Shown: in pieces, positions 35,903-48,380 of the stretch
How positions within the stretch are numbered: position 1 is the first letter of the stretch
Layout: each line of letters starts with the position of its first letter
Origin: Ranitomeya imitator
Taxonomy: Eukaryota
Length of the DNA stretch: 64,000 nucleotides
Assembly (NCBI RefSeq): GCF_032444005.1
Contig: NC_091283.1
Coordinates: 341,062,001-341,126,000 of the forward strand
Direction of reading: 5' to 3'
Program-made: the position numbers and the translations under genes
Notes under the pieces: generated by a model
Told to the model about the DNA's origin: nothing
What the model saw: the letters and a program-made list of their open reading frames with translations, nothing else
The model's database searches: none

Positions 35903-37361
35903 AAGGGGAAAACGGAAATTCATGATGTAATAATGCAACTGGCCCACAAAGAAGGTAAACTGTACTACAATGCTGGGAACAGGATGAATCCAATGTCTGA
36001 TGCCAGACTCCTTCAAACATCAACTACCTGCTGTTGATCATCAGCGCTAAACTAAAACTAAATAGAAAACTGAAGTTTTTTTTATTTAAAGTTGTCTCTG
36101 GGCCCATATGTGAATTGTGAATCTCTCTTATTACAGTCTCCAAGTTGTGTTGGTGTCATTAGAGCTTAATCTCAAAGGTGGTTGGATGAATGATGATTAC
36201 CTTGAGGATTTAAAGAGTGCTTTTAAGATAGTATCAAGATCAACTTCAGCTGTAGGATTTTAAGCAGCACTGAAGGAGGAGGTTGTGTTTATTCTAGATT
36301 CACTTTCTTTCTTTGATGGGGTGTCACTTAATCTTAGAAGTATGGGCTTTTCTGATGTTATCACACTACCATTCAAAGGAAGATTACATTTCATTGGTTG
36401 TTCATTTAGGTACCTGTTGTATTTTTCTCTAGACACAACTGCATTTTCCTTTCTTACAAACACAATCTCTGCAACTCAGCAACTCAACAAGCAGTTGTGC
36501 TTCAAGGCACTGCATACACAGAAAAGCTCCATGCTATCTTCCTCTGTGACTTTTTGATGCAATTTAGAAATGGTAATTTTTTGGCCTTCTAAAGGGCTAA
36601 AGACAGACTCTTTTGGAGTGGGCCCTACTGATGAACTGGCCTCCTTTGTGACAAGTGTCCGTGACACGTTGGTTAGAGCCTTTGTGTGCAATAAAGATGT
36701 CTTGTGCTGAGTAGACATAGGATCTGTGTATGCATCATTCGGTACCACGTTAGTAAGAGGTAAAGTTTGCACAAGAGAAATTTTTTTTCAAGACATTCAC
36801 GGCCTTTTTTGCACATTGTTTGAAGCTGTGATCTTTAACTTCTTGGTGGGGTTGTTGGAAAGTTCAAAGTTGTCATCAATACCACCATCGTCCCTATCTT
36901 GTCAATAGGAAATCTATTATGGTTATTTACGTTTATTGGCGTTCCTTTAACAGTGTTTGTAACACCGAAAAAAAATTTTTTTTAGGATGTGACATTTGGA
37001 TATTCTTGGTAAGATGTATTGGTGAAGATGAAGAACCTTGTCCCACAGGTGTGTTGATAGTTACAGCCTATGCACTCCGCTTTAAAATTTGTTTTAAACG
37101 AGCATCCATCACTTTGTTTAGTTTTCCTCCAACACTGATCAGAAGTTTTCTAGAATTGAGTATCTCACCAGCATCTTGCACTTTATCTTTTGCACTTAAC
37201 ACCTGCATCTTTGGCAACCTATTTATCATGGGCATCTTTTATGCCAAGCTTCAGACGCGCATCGGTTACACCGATCTTCTGAGGGGATCAAACACATTCT
37301 ATGAATTGTGGGTGGGTAAACGACTAATCATTGTAGGCTGGATCCTGGATCTCATTGTAAG

Positions 37362-37514
37362 GGCTCCTTTTCACTTGCGAGAAATACGTGCGAGTCTCGC
37401 ATGTTAAAACCAGGCTCTGGTGCCGGCAGTTTGGAGCGGAGCGTGCAGCTCCATGTATTGCTATGCAGCCGCACGCTCCGCTCTGGAGTGCCGGCGCCAG
37501 AGCTTGGTTTTCAC
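37362..37514. mobile_element. Truncated palindromic MITE fragment (Harbinger-like)
   Basis: Hairpin ccaggctctggtgccggca...tgccggcgccagagcttgg; starts at ggctccttttcacttgcg. Confidence 0.5.
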
Positions 37515-38183
37515 ATGAAGTAAAATAGCTGCTAGGAAACCACTGTTAAGGACAGGCAACAAGCAGAAGAGACTTGTTTGGGCTAAAGAATACAAGGTAT
37601 GGACAATAGACCAGTGGAAATCTGTGCTTTGGTCTGATGAGTCCAAATTTGAGATCTTTGGTTCCAACCACTGTGTCTTTGTGTGACGCAGAAAAGGTGG
37701 ACAGATGGACTCTACATGCCTGGTTCCCACCGTGAAGCATGGAGGAGGAGGTGTTATGGTGTGGGGGTGCTTTGCTGGTGACACTGTTGGGGATTTATTC
37801 AAAATTGAAGGCATACTGAACCAGCATGGCTACCACAGCATCTTGCAGCGGCATGCTATTCATCCGGTTTACGTTTAGTTGGACCATCATTTATTTTGCC
37901 TCCAGGCTGTGTAAGGGCTATTTGACCAAGAAGGAGAGTGATGGGGTGCTACGCCAGATGACCTGATGGTTTGGGGTGAGCTGGACCGCAGAGTGAAGGC
38001 AAAAGTGCTAAACATCTCTGGGAACTCCTTCAAGATTGTTGGAAGACCATTTCCGGTGACTACCTCTTAGTAACTTAGTAACTTAGTAACTTAGTTAGTA
38101 AGGCCGAAAAAAGACATTTGTCCATCCAGTTCAGCCTATATTCCATCATAATAAATACCCAGATCTACGTCCTTCTACAGAAC

Positions 38184-40964
38184 CTAATAATTGTATGATA
38201 CAATATTGTTCTGCTCCAGGAAGACATCCAGGCCTCTCTTGAACCCCTCGACTGAGTTCGCCATCACCACCTCCTCAGGCAAGCAATTCCAGATTCTCAC
38301 TGCCCTAACAGTAAAGAATCCTCTTCTATGTTGGTGGAAAAACCTTCTCTCCTCCAGACGCAAAGAATGCCCCCTTGTGCCCGTCACCTTCCTTGGTATA
38401 AACAGATCCTCAGCGAGATATTTGTATTGTCCCCTTATATACTTATACATGGTTATTAGATCGCCCCTCAGTCGTCTTTTTTCTAGACTAAATAATCCTA
38501 ATTTCGCTAATCTATCTGGGTATTGTAGTTCTCCCATCCCCTTTATTAATTTTGTTGCCCTCCTTTGTACTCTCTCTAGTTCCATTATATCCTTCCTGAG
38601 CACCGGTGCCCAAAACTGGACACAGTACTCCATGTGCGGTCTAACTAGGGATTTGTACAGAGGCAGTATAATGCTCTCATCATGTGTATCCAGACCTCTT
38701 TTAATGCACCCCATGATCCTGTTTGCCTTGGCAGCTGCTGCCTGGCACTGGCTGCTCCAGGTAAGTTTATCATTAACTAGGATCCCCAAGTCCTTCTCCC
38801 TGTCAGATTTACCCAGTGGTTTCCCGTTCAGTGTGTAATGGTGATATTGATTCCCTCTTCCCATGTGTATAACCTTACATTTATCATTGTTAAACCTCAT
38901 CTGCCACCTTTCAGCCCAAGTTTCCAACTTATCCAGATCCATCTGTAGCAGAATACTATCTTCTCTTGTATTAACTGCTTTACATAGTTTTGTATCATCT
39001 GCAAATATCGATATTTTACTGTGTAAACCTTCTACCAGATCATTAATGAATATGTTGAAGAGAACAGGTCCCAATACTGACCCCTGCGGTACCCCACTGG
39101 TCACAGCGACCCAGTTAGAGACTATACCATTTATAACCACCCTCTGCTTTCTATCACTAAGCCAGTTACTAACCCATTTACACACATTTTCCCCCAGACC
39201 AAGCATTCTCATTTTGTGTACCAACCTCTTGTGCGGCACGGTATCAAACGCTTTGGAAAAATCGAGATATACCACGTCCAATGACTCACCGTGGTCCAGT
39301 CTATAGCTTACCTCTTCATAAAAACTGATTAGATTGGTTTGACAGGAGCGATTTCTCATAAACCCATGCTGATATGGAGTTAAACAGTTATTCTCATTGA
39401 GATAATCCAGAATAACATCCCTCAGAAACCCTTCAAATATTTTACCAACAATAGAGGTTAGACTTACTGGCCTATAATTTCCAGGTTCACTTTTAGAGCC
39501 CTTTTTGAATATTGGCACCACATTTGCTATGCGCCAGTCCTGCGGAACAGACCCTGTCGCTATAGAGTCACTAAAAATAAGAAATAATGGTTTATCTATT
39601 ACATTACTTAGTTCTCTTAGTACTCGTGGGTGTATGCCATCCGGACCCGGAGATTTATCTATTTTAATCTTATTTAGCCGGTTTCGCACCTCTTCTTGGG
39701 TTAGATTGGTGACCCTTAATATAGGGTTTTCATTGTTTCTTGGGATTTCACCTAGCATTTCATTTTCCACCGTGAATACCGTGGAGAAGAAGGTGTTTAA
39801 TATGTTAGCTTTTTCCTCGTCATCTACAACCATTCTTTCCTCACTATTTTTTAAGGGGCCTACATTTTCAGTTTTTATTCTTTTACTATTGATATAGTTG
39901 AAGAACAGTTTGGGATTAGTTTTACTCTCCTTAGCAATGTGCTTCTCTGTTTCCTTTTTGGCAGCTTTAATTAGTTTTTTAGATAAAGTATTTTTCTCCC
40001 TATAGTTTTTTAGAGCTTCAATGGTGCCATCCTGCTTTAGTAGTGCAAATGCTTTCTTTTTACTGTTAATTGCCTGTCTTACTTCTTTGTTTAGCCACAT
40101 TGGGTTTTTCCTATTTCTAGTCCTTTTATTCCCACAAGGTATAAACCGCTTACACTGCCTATTTAGGATGTTCTTAAACATTTCCCATTTATTATCTGTA
40201 TTCTCATTTCTGAGGATATTGTCCCAGTCTACCAGATTAAGGGCATCTCTAAGCTGTTCAAACTTTGCCTTCCTAAAGTTCAATGTTTTTGTGACTCCCT
40301 GACAAGTCCCCCTAGTGAAAGACAGGTGAAACTGCACAATATTGTGGTCGCTATTTCCTAAATGCCCAACCACCTGCAGATTTGTTATTCTGTCAGGTCT
40401 ATTAGATAGTATTAGGTCTAAAAGTGCTGCTCCTCTGGTTGGATTCTGCACCAATTGTGAAAGATAATTTTTCTTGGTTATTAGCAGAAACCTGTTGCCT
40501 TTATGGGTTTCACAGGTTTCTGTTTCCCAGTTAATATCCGGGTAGTTAAAGTCCCCCATAACCAGGACCTCATTATGGGTTGCAGCTTCATCTATCTGCT
40601 TTAGAAGTAGACTTTCCATGCTTTCTGTTATATTTGGGGGTTTGTAACAGACCCCAATGAGAATTTTGTTACCATTTTTCCCTCCATGAATTTCAACCCA
40701 TATGGACTCGACATCCTCATTCCCTTCGCTAATATCCTCCCTTAAAGTGGACTTTAGACAAGACTTTACATAGAGACAAACCCCTCCTCCTCTCCGATTT
40801 TTACGATCCTTTCTAAACAGACTGTAACCCTGTAAGTTAACTGCCCAGTCATAGCTTTCATCTAACCATGTCTCGGTTATTCCCACTATGTCAAAGTTAC
40901 CTGTAGATATTTCTGCTTCTAGTTCTTCCATCTTGTTTGTCAGGCTTCTGGCGTTTGCGAGCAT
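38184..40964 (-). CDS. CR1 ORF2 (APE endonuclease + reverse transcriptase), intact, 926 aa
   Basis: NARSL, GITETW, MGDFN, SDHN (APE); YRPVSLTS, YLDFSKAFD, GVPQGSVLGP, FADD (RT); no stops. Confidence 0.95.
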   Translation of the reverse strand: MLANARSLTNKMEELEAEISTGNFDIVGITETWLDESYDWAVNLQGYSLFRKDRKNRRGGGVCLYVKSCLKSTLREDISEGNEDVESIWVEIHGGKNGNKILIGVCYKPPNITESMESLLLKQIDEAATHNEVLVMGDFNYPDINWETETCETHKGNRFLLITKKNYLSQLVQNPTRGAALLDLILSNRPDRITNLQVVGHLGNSDHNIVQFHLSFTRGTCQGVTKTLNFRKAKFEQLRDALNLVDWDNILRNENTDNKWEMFKNILNRQCKRFIPCGNKRTRNRKNPMWLNKEVRQAINSKKKAFALLKQDGTIEALKNYREKNTLSKKLIKAAKKETEKHIAKESKTNPKLFFNYINSKRIKTENVGPLKNSEERMVVDDEEKANILNTFFSTVFTVENEMLGEIPRNNENPILRVTNLTQEEVRNRLNKIKIDKSPGPDGIHPRVLRELSNVIDKPLFLIFSDSIATGSVPQDWRIANVVPIFKKGSKSEPGNYRPVSLTSIVGKIFEGFLRDVILDYLNENNCLTPYQHGFMRNRSCQTNLISFYEEVSYRLDHGESLDVVYLDFSKAFDTVPHKRLVHKMRMLGLGENVCKWVSNWLSDRKQRVVINGIVSNWVAVTSGVPQGSVLGPVLFNIFINDLVEGLHSKISIFADDTKLCKAVNTREDSILLQMDLDKLETWAERWQMRFNNDKCKVIHMGRGNQYHHYTLNGKPLGKSDREKDLGILVNDKLTWSSQCQAAAAKANRIMGCIKRGLDTHDESIILPLYKSLVRPHMEYCVQFWAPVLRKDIMELERVQRRATKLIKGMGELQYPDRLAKLGLFSLEKRRLRGDLITMYKYIRGQYKYLAEDLFIPRKVTGTRGHSLRLEERRFFHQHRRGFFTVRAVRIWNCLPEEVVMANSVEGFKRGLDVFLEQNNIVSYNY

Positions 40965-41137
40965 GCAGTTTAGAGGATTTTGTTTTGTTCCAATCTCCTC
41001 ACTGTGGATTGTTTTAGAAATGTTCTTACCTCCCTTCTGAGTATGTTTTCCTGGGTCGTCTTTGTTCGAGTCTAATGTTTTTCTTCCCGTCCCCTCTTCT
41101 TCTAGTTTAACGCCCTCCTGATGAGTGTAGCGAGTCT

Positions 41138-42055
41138 TCAGGCGAATGTGTGTTTCCCAGGTTTGTTGAGGTGTAGTCCGTCTCTGGCGAGGAGTCCATC
41201 ATACCAGTAATTCACACCGTGGTCCAGGAATCCAAATCCTTGTTGTCTGCACCATCGTCTTAGCCAGTTGTTTGCATCAAGGATCCTGTTCCATCTCCTG
41301 GTGCCATGCCCGTCTACTGGAAGGATAGAAGAAAAAACTACCTGTGCATCCAGTTCCTTTACTTTCTTCCCCAACTCTTCAAAGTCCTTGCAGATTGTCG
41401 GTAGGTCCTTCCTTGCCGTGTCATTGGTGCCAACATGTATCAGAAGAAATGGGTGGACGTCCTTGGAGCTGAAGAGCTTTGGTATCCTATCGGTCACATC
41501 CTTGATCATCGCACCTGGAAGGCAGCATACTTCTCTTGCAGTTATGTCCGGTCTGCAGATGGCTGCTTCGGTGCCTCTCAGTAGTGAGTCTCCCACCACC
41601 ACCACTCTTCGTTGCTTCTTGGCTGTACTTTTTGCTGTCACTTGTTGCTGTGTGCCCTTTTCTTTTTTGCTTGCTGGTATTGCTTCATTCTTAGGTGTGC
41701 CATCTTCATCCTCTACAAAGATTTGATATCGGTTCTTCAGTTGTGTGGTTGGTGATTTCTCCATGGTCTTCTTGCTTCTTTTGGTCACATGCTTCCACTC
41801 ATCTGCTTTTGGAGGTTCTCTGACACTTTTTGCACCTTCTGTGACCAGTAGAGATGCTTCTGTTCTGTCTAGAAAGTCTTCATTCTCTTTGATGAGTTTC
41901 AAAGTTGCTATTCTTTCTTCCAGACCCCGCACCTTTTCTTCTAAAAGGGCCACTAGTCTACACTTCTGACAGGTGAAATTGGATTCTTCATCTGGTCGAT
42001 CTGTGAACATGTAGCACATGCTGCAGCTCACCATGTAGGTTGTCACATCTGCCAT
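41138..42055 (-). CDS. CR1 ORF1 (Zn-finger/leucine zipper + SGNH esterase); TGA 12 codons before the likely original stop
   Basis: CSMC...CQKC followed by a Leu heptad; GDSL, GTND and DGLH motifs. Reading through the TGA gives RLATLIRRALN* ending at 41102. Confidence 0.9.
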   Translation of the reverse strand: MADVTTYMVSCSMCYMFTDRPDEESNFTCQKCRLVALLEEKVRGLEERIATLKLIKENEDFLDRTEASLLVTEGAKSVREPPKADEWKHVTKRSKKTMEKSPTTQLKNRYQIFVEDEDGTPKNEAIPASKKEKGTQQQVTAKSTAKKQRRVVVVGDSLLRGTEAAICRPDITAREVCCLPGAMIKDVTDRIPKLFSSKDVHPFLLIHVGTNDTARKDLPTICKDFEELGKKVKELDAQVVFSSILPVDGHGTRRWNRILDANNWLRRWCRQQGFGFLDHGVNYWYDGLLARDGLHLNKPGKHTFA

Positions 42056-44438
42056 GTTGCTCCTAGATCCTGCTGACTTGCTGTGTGTTTTCCTTCTTGT
42101 GTAATCTACTCAGCCAAGCTCTCTTGCAATAATGTCCTACAGGCAAAAATTTGCGCGCCGTAAGGCGCGCGGTTTGGTGATGCTTTCGAAGCAGCTGGTC
42201 CCGGCTGTACCCTCTTGAAGCTCATCAAGATAATGCCAAGAGTGTGCAAGGCAGTAATCAAAGCAAAAGGTGACTACTTTGAAGAACCTAGAATATAAGA
42301 CATATTTTCAGTTGTTTCACACTTTTTTGTTAAGTATATAATTCCACATGTGATAATTCATAGTTTTGATGCTTTCAGTGTGAATTTACAATTTTCATAG
42401 TCATGAAAATACAGAAAAATCTTTAAATGAGAAGGTGTGTCTCTTGTGATATCTATAAGGGCAGCTTAGAACCAGCATAGTTCTCTATACCCCTGCTCCA
42501 GTGTTTGTTAATACATCATATTTATTCAAGCTCCAACCAATATTAATGCCAGAGATAATCCTATATTGGAGCAGGGAGCTTTAACTATGAGATAGAGATT
42601 TACATCTATTTAGTAGTGCTGTCTATGGTAGCCAATAGTGCTAAACAAAGATATAGATCAATTTGATCTTTAATCAATTGTTTTCTGTTGTTTGTGATTC
42701 TGATAGATTAAGGTTTTGCCTAGGGATTGAAGGGACAGCCGCCATGGAGCAGGGGCGCCACATCGCAAATTAGGGTGCCAACCTCCGCTGATAGGAAGGC
42801 CATCAGACCTTAGGGCCTATTAGGGATAGGGAAGGTATATTATTTTTCTTCTTTTTTTCATACTTTTTCCCGTCATGGGCCGTTGCCCAGATTCCCGGGC
42901 TAACAATCCCTCTTTGTTTTGGGATGTTTTTAAATAATTTTTATTACTATTGATATTATCCATATTTAATTAATAAAGCGTAATGCTACAGGGGTAGTTT
43001 TGTGTTTGGTAGTGTTGTTATTGGGGTGCATGTAACTTTGGGGCAGGGCAAGCCTTGCATTCAATGCATAGGCAAACAGTATGGCAGTACCAAATGAATA
43101 ATGTGAACTTGGCTTTCCTGTGCCCATCCAGTATGTGGGTTCAAAGGCTTATTGGGGTGCATGTAAGTTTGGGGCAGGGCAGGCCTTGCAATCAGTGCGT
43201 AGGCAAACACTATGGGAGACCCACTTTCTTATAATGGGGACGTTTTTGCAGGAGGCCCTTCTGTACGTCTCATGAAAGGGTTATTAGGGTGCGTCCTAAT
43301 TTTGGCAGCCCAGCCACTCACTGCATAGGCAACAACAGTATAGGAGACCCACTGTTTAATAATGGCCCTTTAAGAATATTAATGCCGCCTGATGCCCCTA
43401 TAAAAATAGGCTTTGTGACTTTAAGAGTCCCTCCTTCATAAATGAAACAAGATGTGTCTGATGATGTGTCAAACACCACATGGCCAGCAAGGTTTGTTAA
43501 ATGTTACAATGAAATTACCCAGTGAATGCATTTGTATTGGTTGAAATCAATGCTAAAGTTGAAAAACGCTACGTGTGAACATAGCCCAAGTGGTGGAAGT
43601 ACATTTTTTTGGGGGGGGCGTCTTTATTTTGCCTTACATATAAATTATTACCCTGGAATGGATGTTCCATGACATATTTCCCAGGAACATCCATTTTGGT
43701 TTCATTTTTGTATGTTTTAGTGTACACCTGTAAAAGTGGCGTCACACTCTGACAACATTGGTCACAGCTGTGACATAGGAGTCAGAAATGCTTCCAGGGG
43801 TCTTCCTTGTGATGTTCCCATGTCATTTGAGCACTGTTCCCATCGATTTCAGATGTTTTTAGACCCTATAAGGACCCCCTGGGGATCGGGGCAAAATACT
43901 CAGGTTTCCCATAGACTTACATTGAGCTTGTTGCTCGGGTTGAGTACCCGAGTACTCCAATGTGCTCGACCCGAGCAACGAGCACCCAAGCATTTTAGAG
44001 CTCACCCATCACTACTGAACAGACATAAATAAGACACAAACAGAGCACTCCTGAAAATGGTGGTGCCAGCATACATGTAAATAAACTTAACAGAGAATTC
44101 TTTCATATATGTATTTGACAGCGGGGTCTATCCACATTGTGGGCTCTAACTTAATACACTTAGTCAAAGAAAAACCAAACAATGACTATTGCTAAACAAT
44201 TTTTAGCTAGAAGGTTGTTCAAAGTCCAGCCCCAATGCACGTTTAACCCCCTGACGAACCTTGAGTGAATTGTGCATTGGGGCTGGTGGGCCAACACATG
44301 TACATTACCCCGGTACATTCACATACCATCTTTAATGTAACTTTAAACTATCTTCTAGCAAATTTTTTTTAGCAATAGTCATTGTTTCTTTTTTTTTTGA
44401 CTGGGGTAGTAGGTTAGAGGCTACAATGTGGATAAGCC

Positions 44439-45083
44439 TGCAATGATACACAGCGTGTGTGTAACCAGAGGTGAAGCCTAGGGGTGCTTTAGCAGAGAAC
44501 AGAGACCAGCAAGGAAGTAGTGAGAGCACCGCAAGGTGCCGTGTACACAGTACCGAAGCCCAGCAGGATGTGCGAGGTCAGAGAGAAGGATGGGGGTGGA
44601 GACAACCACCACATGACGGAACGGGGCCGGCTGGAAGTGGTAACGGGGACGTAGTAAGGAGCAAGCAGAGGGTCGGAAGCCAGAGGGGGTTGGCTGGAGC
44701 CAAAGGGTGAGACAAGAGAGAAGTCAATAACGAGCTGGGGGTCAGAGGCCAGGAGGGAGCGCCATACCTGAAGGGCAGTACAGGAGAATGGTCAGGAGAG
44801 GAGCCGAGTGTCAGAAACCAGAGAAGTCAGGACGTTACCGAAACAGGAGACAGAAACGAATCAACGAACAAACCGGGTCATACACAGATGAGCACACGCA
44901 TACAGAGGAACAGCGATAGTTAACTGAGTAACCTGGGTCAGCTACAACAGCCAAGTAAAATGGAAGTATCACTGACACCAGATACAGGAACAACCAGCAT
45001 TAAATAGCCGCCCCAAAGAGAGGCGACCTAGTATTAACCCTGACCTGACCAGGACGGAGGCTGAACCATCCTGAGTCATGTCA
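44439..45083. mobile_element. Solo LTR
   Basis: TG...TGTCA termini; AAGCC TSD at 44434-38 and 45084-88. Confidence 0.85.
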
Positions 45084-45587
45084 AAGCCCTGCTGTCAAAT
45101 ACATATATGAAATAATTCTCTGTTAAGTTTATTTAAATGTCTGAAAATAATAATTACCAGATTTGATACAAACAATGTGTTATTATAGTAGAAATGTATT
45201 AAAACTGTATTATAAATAAGGGTGATAAAAAAAATATGACAATGACATTTATGAATGTATTAGATTTATGTTAAAAATATTAAAATAATTAAGATCCCCC
45301 AATGAAAAGACCAATAACATTTATGATGAATATGACAATAAAATGTTATAATAAATAATACAATTTATGAAGTCAAAAAAGTGATCACAAAGCTACATCT
45401 GCAATTTTGTTGTGTCGATTAGATGTAAGGGTGTTTAGTTTATAAAGCCAAAAGATTTCTTCCCGATTTATTCAATGCGATTCTGAACCTGTAGGGGAAT
45501 CTCCTCTATGGGGAATATTTTCAGCTGTGTGAAATCTTTACTGTGTTTGATGGTGCAGTGGCGTGTAAGCCCATGATTGAGAAAACC

Positions 45588-45944
45588 CTATAGAATATTG
45601 GAAGGATGTGAGTTCAGCCTGTTGTGGAGGGGTTGGGTAATCCTTCCCACATATAAATTCTGGCATGAGCATATAATCACGTATATAACATAACTGGTGG
45701 AACATGACATGGGACTTTGGAAAATTTCACCTGTAGAATTAAGGGTGAATTCACAGAGACCATGGCAGATCGTGTGACAACATTGGCAATTTTTCATATT
45801 GCATGTAATGATTTTATTCGGAAGACACGCCACTTCTAGCGAATCTTCCTTCTTCTGTTTTATCTTTCTTGGTGCTGGGATATTTTTCAACGATGGAGCT
45901 CTTTGAAATGCCAAAAAGGGATTTCTAGGTAATGTTTTTCCCAC
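45588..45944 (-). pseudogene. Penelope GIY-YIG domain remnant
   Basis: FQRAPSLKN...CNMKNCQCC...SCSTSYVIYVIICSCQNLYVGR...LHNRLNSH. Confidence 0.82.
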
Positions 45945-45966
45945 TCCAGCTTTCTGACATGCTCAT

Positions 45967-46395
45967 CTAACTCAATATATCATCCACGTAAACTACTGCA
46001 AATCTACCCACCAGTGAGAAAAACATATAATTTATGAAATTTTCAATGACTGACGGAGCATTGTTTAAACTGAATGGCACCACCAAATTTTCAATATGAC
46101 CCTCAGGTGTATTGAATGAGGTCTTCCATTCATCACCATGGCGTATACACATAACGTTATATGCCCTTCTTACGTTAAGTTTGTAAAACCATGTATCTCC
46201 GGGTAATTGGTTAAACAGGTCAGGTATAATGGGTAAAGGAGAGGGATTGTGCGCCATGATTTTATTAATCTCTCTAAAATCCAAGCACAGACGCAGCCCT
46301 CCATCCTTTTCCCAAGAAAACCCCACAGTGACTGGAGAGGTAGATAACATTTTCACTCCTGGTATGGAATCAATCGCACAGTCATATTCCACCAT
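45967..46395 (-). pseudogene. Ty3/Gypsy reverse transcriptase fragment
   Basis: KDGGLRLCLDFREINK, DEWKTSFNTPEGH, VVYVDDIL. Confidence 0.88.
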
Positions 46396-46945
46396 ATAGT
46401 AGACGTCCGGTGACTTGTGATAATTCCCTCATGTGTGGGGTCTATTTGTCTCCAGAGAAATCACACGTTACATTCCACACATAACACTGTGCAGAAAAGG
46501 TGGCGCGGGGTAATGGTGCCAGTAGTGAGGGGGAATAATGGCGGGAATGTCACTGACTGAGGAGAAGGCTCCATGTAGGGTCTTCACTCCGGATACCATT
46601 CAATGAGACCCCTGATCATGTGACCCCTGACTCCTCCCCTCCTGTGACCTCATCACAGGTCCTGTCCGCACAGAACAGCCATACATGTGGTGGCGGCTCT
46701 GCGGGTGGAGGTAGGTGCTGGAGATTCCCCATTACTGATGGCAATGTACATTAACCCCTTCAGCATTGAGACTCCTTTGGAGTTTTTGTTGCCACTTTAT
46801 AAGAATCATAACGTTTTTATTCTGTTTCCTGTAATAGATACATACAACCCAACTATGGAAGACAGGAAGTGAGGTAATGTATTGTTCTCTTAGTACAGGG
46901 CCCCTTTCTTTGCCCCCTCACAGTATAATGCCTCCATAATGCCCC

Positions 46946-47972
46946 TGTAAGCAGGTGACCTGATACAACACACAGACAAACGCAAGTCAGAAGTAACCAA
47001 TATAATTATTTATTTCCTTGATAATGGAATTTTGATCACTATGGCAACAGTGAATAATGCAAAACAGGGTGATAAAAGAATTATACAATATCAGATATAC
47101 AATGAATTCTCCCGCTCACTCTCACTGTAATAGCAGCCTCTAACCAAATGTTACTTTAGCTACTGACAACAGTGATTTTACTGACACATATAGTCAACAA
47201 CACTCTCTTCTATGAACACAGGCCATAGCGGGGTCTCCGTCTTTACCCTTTAGGCCATAAGTCCTCTTTACAAAGTCTACCAAGGCTCGCTGGGCCCCTT
47301 TACTTCCACCAACTTTCACCTTGTCTGTTTTACTACCCTGGACCAACACCTGTACTGACATCAGTGCTGGAAGCAATGGCCCGGCTCACTGGCGCCTCCT
47401 GCTCTTCACTGCAGGCGTATACTACTGAGTGGAATCTCCTCACAGATCTTCGGTGCTTGACCAAAGGCGGATGTCTCTTGTACCAGAAGTAATAAGAGCT
47501 CTGCTCTTGCCTGGCGTAGTCTGGACTATGAGTCTTGACCGGCGCAGGTAAGGTTCTCGGGCCTTGACAACCATAGTCTGGACTCTGGGTATTGACCAGC
47601 GCAAGTCTCGTTCTCGGGCCTTGGCTGTTGTAGTCTGGACTCTGGGACTTGTCTGGTGCCGCCTGGGTTCTGCCGCCACAATCAGCTGACTCGGGCACTT
47701 AACTATGGACTGGTACCTCAGATTCTTCCTTGGCACTCCGTTCCTTTGCTTGGTATCAAATCTGCTCTTTCTTTGTAGCTATGGCTTTTATAATAACAGG
47801 AAACTGTGTCATCAAGGTCACCTGCCCTGGAGTACCATTTAGACTCTTCCTGAAACTCTCCCTCTTCCCATTAATTCCGCAGGGTCCAGTCTGGACGGCA
47901 GATGACAAATCTTTTTGTACGAATGCCGCACAGCCGTGGGGATTCTTTCTCCTTATGACACACCTTTTTACA
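46946..47972 (-). mobile_element. Solo LTR
   Basis: TGTAAGCAGGTG / CACCTTTTTACA inverted termini (10/12); CCCC TSD at 46942-45 and 47973-76; strand inferred from a minus-strand AATAAA. Confidence 0.85.
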
Positions 47973-48094
47973 CCCCTTATGCAGTACATATGATGCCCCT
48001 CACACAGTAAAATGTTTCCACAGTACTAGCATCTCTCATGCAAAAGATAATTCCACTCCAGTATCGCCATACCCCCACCCACAGAATAATCTCA

Positions 48095-48380
48095 GAGTAT
48101 CACCATTCCCTTCACACACAGTGTAATCTTTTCACAGTGGCACCATTCCCTCCACACAGTATAATGTTCCGATAACACCGTTATCCCACCACACACAGTA
48201 TAATGTTCCCACAGTACTGCCATCTCCCCACACACAGCATAATGTTCCAGCAGTACCACCATCCCCCTACATAGTATAATGTTCCCACAATAGCAGCTTC
48301 CTATACACACAGTATAATGTTCCCACAGTACTACTTTCCCCCCACTTTCTAATGTTCCCACAATACTGCCCTTTACATGC
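48095..48380. repeat. Degenerate ~35-bp minisatellite (cacacagtataatgttcc core)
   Basis: Repeated acagtataatgttccc motifs. Confidence 0.75.

Larger units (their letters stand above)
38069..42210 (-). mobile_element. Full-length CR1 LINE
   Basis: (agtaactt)n 8-bp tail at 38069-38095; CCTCTT duplicated at 38063-68 and 42211-16; 5' UTR, ORF1 and ORF2 all present. Confidence 0.95.
37515..42440 (+). mobile_element. Tc1 family B, copy 2 (partial), split by the CR1
   Basis: 37515-38068 and 42211-42440 are colinear with 29565-30405. Confidence 0.9.
44030..45960 (-). mobile_element. Second Penelope-like remnant with fold-back (inverted) terminal repeat
   Basis: GIY-YIG remnant at 45588-45944; 44070-44215 is inverted at 44350-44438 plus 45084-45140. 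Confidence 0.68.

Noticed and set aside
38191-41969. Several plus-strand ORFs of 74-215 aa
   Set aside because: Antisense shadows of CR1 ORF1 and ORF2.
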